Origin: Simkaniaceae bacterium
GTDB lineage: Bacteria; Chlamydiota; Chlamydiia; Chlamydiales; JAJFMI01
Reading direction: 5' to 3'
Length of the DNA stretch: 64,000 nt
NCBI GenBank assembly: GCA_040880145.1
Contig: JBBDIZ010000029.1
Location: 15,483-79,482, forward strand
Shown here: piece after piece, positions 1-8,997 of the stretch
Numbering within the stretch: the stretch's first letter is position 1
How the letters are laid out: each line of letters begins with the position of its first letter
Translations under genes and position numbers: made by a program
The notes under the pieces: model-generated
What the model saw: the letters and a program-made list of their open reading frames with translations, nothing else
Databases searched by the model: none
What the model was told of the DNA's origin: nothing

Positions 1-390
1 CGGTCTCAAGTTATTGTCGGGCAAACTGCCAAGATGGTGAAGGAGGGCATTGACCAATGTTCCCTGAAGATGTCCTTTAGCGGGATGGACAACCATGCCG
101 ACCGCTTTATTGACGGCAATTAAGTGCTCATCCTCAAATAGAATTTCAAGAGGCAGGGGCTCAGGAAGTAAAGAAATGTTTTCAGTTTTAAAAAAAGAAA
201 CGGAAACAACATCTCCTTTTTGGACGAGAGAGCGTTTTTTAGGCTCTTTTCCATTGAGCAAAATCGCCTTTTTTTCGATCAGATTTTGAAAATAATTTCT
301 TGAAAAATCTAAGAAAGTCTCTTGCAGCCATACGTCGAGACGAAGAGGCCCCTTTAAGACATCATGATTTTCAAAAGTTAAAAGATCCAT
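1..390 (-). CDS. rluD: RluA/RluD-family pseudouridine synthase, N-terminal part (runs off the window edge)
   Basis: Manual translation MDLLTFENHDVLKGPLRLDVWLQETFLDFSRNYFQNLI...LEILFEDEHLIAVNKAVGMVVHPAKGHLQGTLVNALLHH; S4-like RLD..SR motif plus NKxxGxxVHP. Confidence 0.85.
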   Translation of the reverse strand, partial: MDLLTFENHDVLKGPLRLDVWLQETFLDFSRNYFQNLIEKKAILLNGKEPKKRSLVQKGDVVSVSFFKTENISLLPEPLPLEILFEDEHLIAVNKAVGMVVHPAKGHLQGTLVNALLHHLGSLPDNNLRP

Positions 391-417
391 AGGGAGCAAT
401 CATAACATAAAAGGGTC

Positions 418-663
418 TCAATTACCAGACCACATCTGCCGTTCTTGTTGAAACTCTCTCTTCCAATGAGCATTTTCCCGCTTGATTTCACTTGAAACCG
501 ATTTTTCGATATTTTTCATTAGCTGCTGCCACTCTTTTGCAGTAAAGGTCATGCCTAGCCAAACATGATCCCCGTCGCTACTTGGAGGGGGCGGCGCTGG
601 AGGCGGCGGCGGCGGAGGCGGAGGAATTGGGGCCGTTCCACTTGAGCCAATTGATCCAGTCAT
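418..663 (-). CDS. Small proline-rich hypothetical protein
   Basis: 81-aa ORF with AGGAG RBS; P9-A-P4 tract followed by a helical C-terminus. Confidence 0.7.
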   Translation of the reverse strand: MTGSIGSSGTAPIPPPPPPPPPAPPPPSSDGDHVWLGMTFTAKEWQQLMKNIEKSVSSEIKRENAHWKREFQQERQMWSGN

Positions 664-688
664 GTCAACTCCTTATTAAACTCTTTTA

Positions 689-1180
689 TTGACACTTTAT
701 CAGAATTTCACTTTTGTGCTACCTTTTTTGATTATGGAAGAAAATGCTTGTTACACTTACGCTTTAAAGCTGCTAAATTACAAATCTTTTTTCACAGAAG
801 AGCTTGATAAAAAGCTGAAGTTAAAAAAGTTTTCCAAAAAAGAGAGGGAAGCCGCAATCCTTAAAATTCAAAGTTTTGGATATTTAGATGATGTGGAAAA
901 TGCAAAACGCTTTATTCAGGGACAATTTCGTAAGGATTTTGGACCGAGGAGTATTGTTTATAAACTCAAACTCAAGACAGGTTTTTCATTTGAGACATGT
1001 GAGGATTGGGTTCAGCGCGAACTTTCCGATCAAGAAATCTTGAATAAACTCACCCATATTATGGAAAAGAAGTTTCGCGCATTAGACCCTATAGTTGCTA
1101 AAGGGAAAGCCTACACCTACTTTGTTCAAAGAGGATTTTCGCATGATGTCGTTGCAGATTTTATTGAATCTCAGTTATAA
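689..1180 (+). CDS. recX: RecX-family regulator (true start probably the internal ATG, MEENAC...)
   Basis: ALKLL...EELDKKLK...GYLDD...GPRSI...RGF pattern typical of RecX. Confidence 0.75.
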   Translation: MTLYQNFTFVLPFLIMEENACYTYALKLLNYKSFFTEELDKKLKLKKFSKKEREAAILKIQSFGYLDDVENAKRFIQGQFRKDFGPRSIVYKLKLKTGFSFETCEDWVQRELSDQEILNKLTHIMEKKFRALDPIVAKGKAYTYFVQRGFSHDVVADFIESQL

Positions 1181-1197
1181 AAAACAGCTATAAAAAT

Positions 1198-2124
1198 GTG
1201 ATAGATGACATGCAAATTGGAGTTCTTGGCCTTTCTTATAAAACGGCCCCTTTAAATCATTTAGAAAGCGTAATCACGAGATCAAAAAGGGTGGTATCCA
1301 AATTTGATTTTAGCGATTTTGTTCTTCTTTGCACATGCAATCGGGTCGAAATTTATTCCCATGAGAATAAACTTCCTCTTATAAAAGCTCTCCTTGTCAA
1401 TAAGTCTACGGAGAATTTTTTTTATGAATATCATGAGAAAAGTTGCTTTACTCATCTCACCCGTGTGACAGCCGGCTTAGAGAGCCGTCTTATAGGGGAG
1501 AGTGAAATCCAAGGGCAAGTCAAGCGCGCCTATCTCGCCCATGCTCCTAAAGGTCTCTCTGCATCGCTGCATTATCTTTTTCAAAAAAGCTTAAAAAATG
1601 GAAAAGAGATCCGAACTCAATTTCCTTACCCTTTTTTCTCTCCTACCTTAGAGGGAGAGGTCTATCAAAAAGTGAAAGATCAAGGATCAAAAATCCTGTT
1701 AATCGGAGCCTCTCGAATGCAGCAAGGCATTTTTCGTTATTTAAAAAGGAAAGAGGTGACTTTGACAACGCGTTATGAGAAAGAAGCGGCAAAAAACTTT
1801 ACCTGTCCGATCGTCCCCTGGGGAGAGCATGAGAGGAGTCATCTTTATGATGTGGTGATTGCAGCCACTCAATCCAATCAGCACCTCATTCATTCATTGC
1901 CGAAAAAAAAGCCCTTGCTGATTGATCTATCCGTTCCTCGGGTCATTAATCCCATAATTTGTGATTATAATTTGGATCAGCTTCAGAAAAAAGTTGAAGA
2001 AAAGCGCCATTTCCTTCTCAATGGAGTGAAAAAGCGCCTTGAATACATTGATGAAAAAATTAAGATTCAACATTATCGGTTTACTTCTCCTTCTATATTT
2101 GCCCCTTTCAGCCAAAACGGATGA
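1198..2124 (+). CDS. hemA: Glutamyl-tRNA reductase (short chlamydial type)
   Basis: GLSYKTAPL, catalytic TCNRVE, GLES..GESEIQGQVKRAY, DLSVPR. Confidence 0.9.
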   Translation: MIDDMQIGVLGLSYKTAPLNHLESVITRSKRVVSKFDFSDFVLLCTCNRVEIYSHENKLPLIKALLVNKSTENFFYEYHEKSCFTHLTRVTAGLESRLIGESEIQGQVKRAYLAHAPKGLSASLHYLFQKSLKNGKEIRTQFPYPFFSPTLEGEVYQKVKDQGSKILLIGASRMQQGIFRYLKRKEVTLTTRYEKEAAKNFTCPIVPWGEHERSHLYDVVIAATQSNQHLIHSLPKKKPLLIDLSVPRVINPIICDYNLDQLQKKVEEKRHFLLNGVKKRLEYIDEKIKIQHYRFTSPSIFAPFSQNG

Positions 2125-3205
2125 AGACAAAGAGATCATTACAGTTAAAAAGGGGGAGGTTATCAATCGCGACTTTTTTGCGTGGGGAGATAGCGTCGAA
2201 ATATCGGGTACGATTAATGGAGATCTCTATGCATTTGGCTCTCAAATCTTCATCGATGGAGAGGTTAATGGTGATGTCATTGCAACAGCCGGAACGATAA
2301 ATATTTCAGGAGTGATTCGAGAGGATGCCCGTTTAATTGCGGGACAAATCATGGTAAGCGGTAAGATCGGACGAAGCCTAACCCTTATGTGTGGAAATTT
2401 AGAGATTTTATCTCCGGCAGAGATCAGTCGAAACCTCATTGCCCTTTCCGGCAATATGGATATATCTGGGAAGATTAACGGAGAGTCAAGGCTTCATACC
2501 TCTAATTTACGCTTTTCAGGCCAATCCGGTATGAATCTCTATGCTCATACAGGATCGATGCGCATCACCTCAACGAGTCAAATAGATGGAAAGCTCGAGT
2601 ACTGGAGCGATCAAAAAGGAGTCATTGATCCGGAGGCTGAGATTACTCAAGGTGTCATGCACCACCCATCTTTTATCTACTCCTTAAAAAAGCATCCCAT
2701 ACTCAAGTGGATCAAAATCGGTTCAAAGCTAGCTGCCTTGCTGATGAACTTTTTCTACTCTCTAATTCTGGGAATTGTTTTTATGAGATATTTCCCGCAA
2801 AAGCTCAATCGCTCGCTCTTAGCGCTCTCTGAAAAACCTTGGCAGTCCCTTTTAACAGGACTGATGCTTTTGATATTTTTACCCTTAATTTCCTTGCTGC
2901 TTTTGATGACTATTTTGGGCGTTCCTTTTGCAATTGGCTTAATTACCATTAACGTCATTGGATTTTATACGGCAAAAGTCTTTTCAATTGTTTGGGTGTC
3001 GAAGAAGATGTTTGGGCGTTTAAAATACGAAAAGTATCAAAAGTATTACTATATAATTTCGCTTATGCTTTACTTTTTGATCACTCAGATTGCCTATCTC
3101 GGAGGCTTTTTAACTCTGCTCTCGATGCTATTTGGCCTTGGGGCCATAGTTATTGCCAAAGCCTATCCTCGTATGGAAGAAGAGACAAAAAAGCCTATAT
3201 ACTGA
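2051..3205 (+). CDS. Membrane protein with N-terminal beta-helix (bactofilin/polymer-forming-like) repeats and C-terminal TM helices
   Basis: Signal peptide; repeated I.G.v.GD units; about 5 hydrophobic helices at the C-terminus. Confidence 0.7.
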   Translation: MKKLRFNIIGLLLLLYLPLSAKTDEDKEIITVKKGEVINRDFFAWGDSVEISGTINGDLYAFGSQIFIDGEVNGDVIATAGTINISGVIREDARLIAGQIMVSGKIGRSLTLMCGNLEILSPAEISRNLIALSGNMDISGKINGESRLHTSNLRFSGQSGMNLYAHTGSMRITSTSQIDGKLEYWSDQKGVIDPEAEITQGVMHHPSFIYSLKKHPILKWIKIGSKLAALLMNFFYSLILGIVFMRYFPQKLNRSLLALSEKPWQSLLTGLMLLIFLPLISLLLLMTILGVPFAIGLITINVIGFYTAKVFSIVWVSKKMFGRLKYEKYQKYYYIISLMLYFLITQIAYLGGFLTLLSMLFGLGAIVIAKAYPRMEEETKKPIY

Positions 3206-3289
3206 AACAACTTCAAGAATCGGTTTTAGGCGACGCGAAAGCTTTGGTGGCTTTGAAAACCCAATTCTTGAAGTTATTTCGGTATATAG
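3195..3289. repeat. MITE-like palindromic element with ~33-bp imperfect terminal inverted repeats (TATACCGAAACAACTTCAAGAAT family)
   Basis: ctatatactgaaacaacttcaagaatcggtttt ... aaaacccaattcttgaagttatttcggtatatag, between convergent genes. Confidence 0.85.
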
Positions 3290-3291
3290 TA

Positions 3292-4677
3292 TTAAAATTG
3301 AACTTGTCCCGGGACTCTTGGAAACGCAATGACATCGCGAATATTTTCCATGCCTGTAACAAATTGGACGAGCCTTTCAAATCCGGCTCCGAAACCGGCA
3401 TGAGGGACAGAGCCATATTTTCGAAGGTCGAGGTACCAGCCGTAGAGGTCGCGGTTGAGATGGTGTTCGGTAAACTTTTTATCTAAGTAGTCGTAGCGCT
3501 CTTCACGCTGGCTGCCGCCAATGATTTCACCGATTTTGGGAACCAGGACATCCATGGCAGCGACGGTTTTTCCATCTTCATTGCTTCTCATATAGAAGGC
3601 TTTGATCTCTTTGGGGTAGTCGGTCACGATGAGGGGTTTTTTGCAATATTCCTCAGAGAGGTAGCGTTCATGTTCTGTTTGAAGGTCGATTCCCCACTCA
3701 GGCTTAAATTCAAATTTCTTGTTCGACCGGATCAGGGTTTCTATAGCTTCAGTGTAGCTCATGCGGGCAAATGGGGTATCTAGAACATGGTGAAGTCGCT
3801 TTAAAAGTCCTTTTTCGATAAATTGATCGAAGAATTGGAGATCTTCCTTTGAGTTTTCGAGGGTATGTTTGATCAGAAACTTAAGGAATTTTTCACTCAT
3901 ATCACAGTTATCATTAAGATCGGCAAAAGCCATTTCAGGCTCAATCATCCAAAACTCTGCAAGGTGTCTTTGGGTATGGGAATTTTCTGCTCGGAAGGTA
4001 GGGCCAAAGGTGTAAATGTCTGAGAGGGCAGAGGCGTAAACCTCTCCGTTGAGTTGTCCTGAGACGGTTAAAAAAGCAGTTTGCCCGAAGAAATCTTTTG
4101 AGAAATCGATCTTTTTTTCAGGGGTAAGAGGGGGGGCGTCAAAATCAAGAGTCGTGACTTGGAAGAGGTTGCCGGCGCCTTCACAGTCGGATCCTGTGAT
4201 GATGGGGCTTTGAAGGTAGAGAAAATCGAGATTTTGAAAGAAGGTGTGGGTTGCAAAGGCTAGTTGACTTCGGACTCTTGCAACGGCGCCTTGGGTATTG
4301 GTTCGGGGTCTTAGGTGGGCAATGGAGCGCAAAAATTCAAAGGAGTGGCGTTTTTTTTGGAGAGGGTACTCGTCAGGGGGGCATTCGCCTAAAATTTTGA
4401 CGCTTTCAGCCTGCATTTCAAAAGCTTGTTTTCCACCCATACTTTTTACAATTTTTCCTGTAATCGAAAGGGAGGCTCCAGTCGAAATTTGATTTAATAG
4501 GGTGTCATAGTTTTGAAGATCGTGGTTTAAGACAGCTTGAAAATTATTAAACGTAGAGCCGTCGTTGACCTCTAAGAAGGCGAAAGTTTTTTGAGCACGC
4601 TTACTTTTGACCCAGCCACTGATTGTGACGATTTGATCTTCACAAGAGTCGAGGTGTTTGATTTTGATGCGTTTCAT
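3292..4677 (-). CDS. asnS: Asparagine--tRNA ligase
   Basis: OB-fold N-terminus, LTVSGQL, FGPTFRAENSHTQRHLAEFWMIEPE, GEIIGGSQREER, PHAGFGAGFERL. Confidence 0.95.
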   Translation of the reverse strand: MKRIKIKHLDSCEDQIVTISGWVKSKRAQKTFAFLEVNDGSTFNNFQAVLNHDLQNYDTLLNQISTGASLSITGKIVKSMGGKQAFEMQAESVKILGECPPDEYPLQKKRHSFEFLRSIAHLRPRTNTQGAVARVRSQLAFATHTFFQNLDFLYLQSPIITGSDCEGAGNLFQVTTLDFDAPPLTPEKKIDFSKDFFGQTAFLTVSGQLNGEVYASALSDIYTFGPTFRAENSHTQRHLAEFWMIEPEMAFADLNDNCDMSEKFLKFLIKHTLENSKEDLQFFDQFIEKGLLKRLHHVLDTPFARMSYTEAIETLIRSNKKFEFKPEWGIDLQTEHERYLSEEYCKKPLIVTDYPKEIKAFYMRSNEDGKTVAAMDVLVPKIGEIIGGSQREERYDYLDKKFTEHHLNRDLYGWYLDLRKYGSVPHAGFGAGFERLVQFVTGMENIRDVIAFPRVPGQVQF

Positions 4678-5538
4678 TTAAGCAAAGTTCCTTAGTATAC
4701 GAATTTCATCTTTCCAGTATTTGTCCCCTTCAGGGGTTTCGAGATATTTTGGAAGTTCACGGAGCTTTTGGTGCTCCATGATGGCTTTAAACCCTTCCAT
4801 CCCAATCTTGCCCTTTCCGAGGTGTGCATGGCGGTCTTTTCTTGAGCCCAAGTCGTGGAGAGAGTCATTGATATGAAGAGCATAAAGGTGTTTAAGACCC
4901 ACAATATCATCAAACTCTTGAACTGTTTTTCTGAGGCTTTCTCGATCCCGGATATCGTAGCCTGCTGCAAAAATGTGGCAGGTATCGATGCAAACTCCAA
5001 TGGGGATCTTTTTTTTGACGCCTTCGATGATATAGTTTAAATGGTTAAATTCATGTCCAACGGTCGTTCCCTGGCCTGCGGTTGTCTCTAAAAGAAGACG
5101 GGTTGAGCCTTTGCTTGCGAGGTCTTCAAACGAAAGAAGGCTCTCAATGATCCGATCTAAGCATTTTTCAACGGGGTCTCCTGTTGCAGCTCCCGGGTGG
5201 AAGTTCATGTAGCTGATTTCGAGTTGATGGCAGCGTTTGATCTCTTGCCCAAAGGCGGTTAAGCTTTTTTCGAGGTTTTCTTGTCTGGGTGATCCGAGAT
5301 TAATGAGATAGCTATCGTGACTCATCACTTTTTTGATACCGGTTTCTTTTAAAGCATCGAGATAGCGCTTCACTTCCTCATCCGGAATTGGCTTACTGTT
5401 CCACTGGCGTTGATTGCTCGTGAAAAGCTGGATCGTTGTCGCTCCAATGGCATGGCCTTTCAATAGAGCGTGATGAACGCCCCCTTGAGCAGACATATGG
5501 GCACCGATTAAAAGATCTTTAGAAGGGGTCTTTTGCAT
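4678..5538 (-). CDS. nfo: Endonuclease IV
   Basis: IGAHMS, HDSYLINL, FHPG, LLETTAGQG, CIDTCH, HINDS, DRH, LETP; start at MQKTPS inferred. Confidence 0.93.
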   Translation of the reverse strand: MQKTPSKDLLIGAHMSAQGGVHHALLKGHAIGATTIQLFTSNQRQWNSKPIPDEEVKRYLDALKETGIKKVMSHDSYLINLGSPRQENLEKSLTAFGQEIKRCHQLEISYMNFHPGAATGDPVEKCLDRIIESLLSFEDLASKGSTRLLLETTAGQGTTVGHEFNHLNYIIEGVKKKIPIGVCIDTCHIFAAGYDIRDRESLRKTVQEFDDIVGLKHLYALHINDSLHDLGSRKDRHAHLGKGKIGMEGFKAIMEHQKLRELPKYLETPEGDKYWKDEIRILRNFA

Positions 5539-5589
5539 AGTGAAACATTTTACTACTTTTTTCACGCAATTCAAGCTAAAATCATCCAA

Positions 5590-7053
5590 ATGCAGGAGAA
5601 AAGAGCACTTGCTAAAAACTCTTATCACTTTTTAAGCGGAACACTCATCAGTCGTTTAAGTGGCTTGCTTCGGGATATTTCGATGGCGTATGCCTTTGGC
5701 GTGACGAAGGAGTTAGCCGCTTTCATGGTGGCTTTTCGCTTTGCGAATGTGGCGCGTCGTCTTTTTGGAGAAAGTGCGCTTTCATCCAGTTTTATCCCTC
5801 ATTTTGAGAAGGTGCGTGTTAGCGGAAATCAGCAGGCGCTTTTTTTTCGAGATTTCTTTTTTTCACTCCTTTTTGTGCTTCTTCTCTTTGTTGCGGCTGC
5901 TGAGGCATTGACTTATTTCTTTTTTGATAGTGAAATCACGCTTTATATGCGTTTGATGCTGCCGGGTTTAATTTTTATCTCTTTATATGGCCTGACAAGC
6001 AGCTTGATGAATTGTGAAAAACGGTTCTTTCTGCCGGCTTTGGCCCCCATTGGATTTAATTGTGTTTGGATAATAAGCGCCCTTTTATTAAAGGGGAAAG
6101 ATCAAGCCTTTACTTGGCTTTCCTATAGTGTCACGCTTGCCTTTTTCGCTCAGCTTTTGATGACGCTTCCCTTTGCTTGGAGGTGGCTGAAAAAAGAGCT
6201 TCCGAAGGCCCATTTATTTCGATTTCAGCTCTTTTCTAAAGAGGTGAAAAAAGCCGTAAAACCTTTTTTTTTAGGTTTTTTGGGGCTTGGAGCCATGCAG
6301 TTAAATATGTTTTTCGACGCGCTCTTTGCAAGAGTGTCAGATCCAATGGGGCCTGCCTATCTTTGGTATGCGATTCGCCTTCAGCAGGTGCCTTTAGCGC
6401 TTTTTGGAGTGGCTCTTTCAACCGCTCTTTTACCTTCTCTTTCGCGCGCTTACAAAGAGGGGGATGAAGCAAAAGGTGAAAGGCTTTTGACCTACGCGCT
6501 TTCGCGCGCATTTGCGTTTCTCTTTCCGGCAACAATCGGCCTCTCTCTTGTAGGTGAAAAGGCAATCGATCTTCTCTTTGGCCATGGTCATTTTGGGGGG
6601 GAATCTGTTGCGTTAACCTCTCAATGCCTGGTCGGTTATGCATTAGCTTTAGTGCCGGCGGGTTGGGCGCTATTAATTGGACCTCTATTTTATGCGAAAG
6701 GGGATTATAAAACGCCTTTAGTTGGGGTGCTAATCAGTGTGAGTGTGAATGTAGCATTCAATTCTTTTTTTATTTTCTATTTAGGATGGGGGGCGGAAAG
6801 CATTGCTTATGCCACTTCTTTCAGCGCTTTAATTCAATTTTTCTTTTTACACTATTGTTGGGGTGGGGAGATTAAGTTAAAAGCATTATTTCGTATTGCG
6901 GCGTGCGCTGCACTTGCTCTTGGGACCGCTTTTCGGGGGAATATTTTTTGGCAAACTTCGATCTTCTGTGGAACGTATTTGATTAGCGCGTGGACAATGA
7001 AAGCAGAAGAAATTTTAGATCTTGTGCCCTTCAAATGGCCTAGGCGTCGGTAA
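5590..7053 (+). CDS. murJ: Lipid II flippase MurJ (MviN)
   Basis: SRLSGLLRD, AFRFAN..RRLFGE.AL...FIP, RLQQVPLALFG; many TM helices. Confidence 0.9.
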   Translation: MQEKRALAKNSYHFLSGTLISRLSGLLRDISMAYAFGVTKELAAFMVAFRFANVARRLFGESALSSSFIPHFEKVRVSGNQQALFFRDFFFSLLFVLLLFVAAAEALTYFFFDSEITLYMRLMLPGLIFISLYGLTSSLMNCEKRFFLPALAPIGFNCVWIISALLLKGKDQAFTWLSYSVTLAFFAQLLMTLPFAWRWLKKELPKAHLFRFQLFSKEVKKAVKPFFLGFLGLGAMQLNMFFDALFARVSDPMGPAYLWYAIRLQQVPLALFGVALSTALLPSLSRAYKEGDEAKGERLLTYALSRAFAFLFPATIGLSLVGEKAIDLLFGHGHFGGESVALTSQCLVGYALALVPAGWALLIGPLFYAKGDYKTPLVGVLISVSVNVAFNSFFIFYLGWGAESIAYATSFSALIQFFFLHYCWGGEIKLKALFRIAACAALALGTAFRGNIFWQTSIFCGTYLISAWTMKAEEILDLVPFKWPRRR

Positions 7054-7081
7054 CGCCCAGGCTATAAAAAAATCTTTGAGT

Positions 7082-7702
7082 TTATGCAGTGTGTGCTAAG
7101 AATTCGCAGACGAGAGGAATATTCACAGGAAGTGCAAGTGGCACTTGATCAAACTCAGGGAGTTTTTCCATTTTACCGCTGAATTTACCCTCTTCGATTG
7201 ATAGGTATTCAGGGATGTCGACAGAAGTGTTTTGAGCCGCCTCTTTGATCAAAATATTTGATTGGCTTTTAGCTTTAATAGAGATGGTCATTCCAGGCTT
7301 GACTTGGAAAGAGCGAATATCGACTTTCTTGCCGTTTACGAGAATGTGTCCATGGGCTACAAGCTGGTGAGCGTGGAAAACGGATGTTGCAAAACGCATG
7401 CGTAAGACGACGGAGTCTAAGCGGCATTCGATTTGCTGAAGGAATTGGTGAGAGGTGTTTCCTTCTCGGCGGACCGCTTCTTTGTAGTATTTCAAAAGCA
7501 TCTTTTGGCTCAACATTCCATAGATAGCTTTGAGTTTTTGCTGCTCTTCGAGCTGAAGGCCGTAGTCTGATTTTTTGCGGCGTCTAGCACCGTGTACTCC
7601 CGGTGGATTGGGCTTATGAAGCAGGGGGTTGCGGCGGCGGCCAAAAATATTGGCGCCAAAACGTCTTGCAACGCGATTTTTAGGGCCGGTGTAACGAGCC
7701 AT
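7082..7702 (-). CDS. rpsD: 30S ribosomal protein S4
   Basis: MARYTGPKNRVARR, SDYGLQLEEQQK, RLDSVV, HGHILVNGKKVDIRS. Confidence 0.97.
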   Translation of the reverse strand: MARYTGPKNRVARRFGANIFGRRRNPLLHKPNPPGVHGARRRKKSDYGLQLEEQQKLKAIYGMLSQKMLLKYYKEAVRREGNTSHQFLQQIECRLDSVVLRMRFATSVFHAHQLVAHGHILVNGKKVDIRSFQVKPGMTISIKAKSQSNILIKEAAQNTSVDIPEYLSIEEGKFSGKMEKLPEFDQVPLALPVNIPLVCEFLAHTA

Positions 7703-7781
7703 AGGTCTCCTTAAACAATAATGTTACTTACTCTTGCCGGATAAGGATACGAAACTGGAGGTTTTCGCACAAGGAAAAAGT

Positions 7782-7858
7782 CTATACCGATTTTTGAAGT
7801 CATTTCGGTATAGAGGGTCAGTGGTGAGAATGCTTTTTCTTGAAGTTGTTTCGGTATA
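7782..7858. repeat. Two partial copies of the TATACCGAAAC repeat family
   Basis: ctataccga-tttttgaagtcatt-tcggtatag hairpin (7782-7813) and ttcttgaagttgtttcggtata (7837-7858). Confidence 0.8.
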
Positions 7859-8001
7859 AATAGGGGTATTTTCTAAACAATTGTGCATAAAGGAGTTAAG
7901 TTTAAAAAAAATCATTTATTAATTTACTGTTAAAATAATATTTATAAATAATTAAAAATAATTTATAATTAAGTTATAACAAATAACAATTTATTAATAT
8001 T

Positions 8002-8898
8002 ATGAGTATAAAAAACACAATATTTAGCAAAGGTGATAATTGGTGGAAGCCATATATTGATTACAGCTATCATCAACTAGGGCCTTATGTCTTTGATGAA
8101 GGCCTTCATAACTCTAAAATGGCAGAACCCGGGTACCTTGATAATCTGCAAAAAGCGGTTGTATTGTCGTGTGATCTTCTTGAAGAGAATTCTCTAACTG
8201 TTGAAACCTACAAGAAAGTTCATGCTGTGGCAACAGAGCATTTTAATGGGTGGATAACAGCTTCTTCTTCTTATAGAGGGGTCTTTCGTGGAAGTAAATT
8301 AGTTAGCTGCTTTCCTCCTGCTTCTTCCTTCGGGTCTTCAAAAAGAGAGAGAGAGATGAAACAGGAGGAATTAAAAAACTCTAGTCATTTTAAAACACAA
8401 TTTGAAGAGATGGATAAGGTGGTAGGGGTGAGGTATCCCCTTTTTAAATCCTCTGAAGAGATTCACCGGTGCGTTGATTTTTTGATTTCAGAATTTAACG
8501 AGAAAATTGAAGGGTGCAGCGAACCCAATGAAAAACTAAAACTTATTGCGAATATTTTTCAGCAGCTAGAATGGTTGCATCCTTTTCTCGATGGGCAAGG
8601 CCGAACAGACCTGGTTTTACTTGGAACTTTACTGGCAAAGCATGGCTTCAATCCAGCAGTATTAAAAGAACCCTATATTTCAACTTGGACAAATCTTGAG
8701 CAGTGGACCTCTCAATTGATTGAAGGAATTGAGCGGTGGTCTGCCTCTGAAGATCATGTAAAAATTCCGGAGTGCGCAAGAAATAGTTTGAATGTTCCAG
8801 AAGGTCAAAAAGAGGATTCGCAATTAAATGAAATAGAATTAGATAATTTTTATGACAATTTAGACTGGAGTGACGACGATGACTATTTTGATTTTTAA
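8002..8898 (+). CDS. Fic (Fido) domain protein
   Basis: HPFLDGQGRTDL motif; IKKVH-like upstream helix and GVFR flap; acidic tail. Confidence 0.85.
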   Translation: MSIKNTIFSKGDNWWKPYIDYSYHQLGPYVFDEGLHNSKMAEPGYLDNLQKAVVLSCDLLEENSLTVETYKKVHAVATEHFNGWITASSSYRGVFRGSKLVSCFPPASSFGSSKREREMKQEELKNSSHFKTQFEEMDKVVGVRYPLFKSSEEIHRCVDFLISEFNEKIEGCSEPNEKLKLIANIFQQLEWLHPFLDGQGRTDLVLLGTLLAKHGFNPAVLKEPYISTWTNLEQWTSQLIEGIERWSASEDHVKIPECARNSLNVPEGQKEDSQLNEIELDNFYDNLDWSDDDDYFDF

Positions 8899-8997
8899 TG
8901 CTTGTCGATATGCCAAATAGGAGCAGTACCCCTCTCATAAACTCTTGACAAATTTGGATTTTTCCCTGAAAATCTCTTGGAAAAACGAGGCCTTTTT

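Noticed and set aside
7038..7062. Hairpin between convergent murJ and rpsD as an intrinsic terminator
   Set aside because: The stem is present but no U-tract follows it on either strand; not enough support
7724..7915. Short ORFs sharing YTETTS (also 13619-13843) as a peptide family
   Set aside because: The shared peptide is simply the translated palindromic repeat
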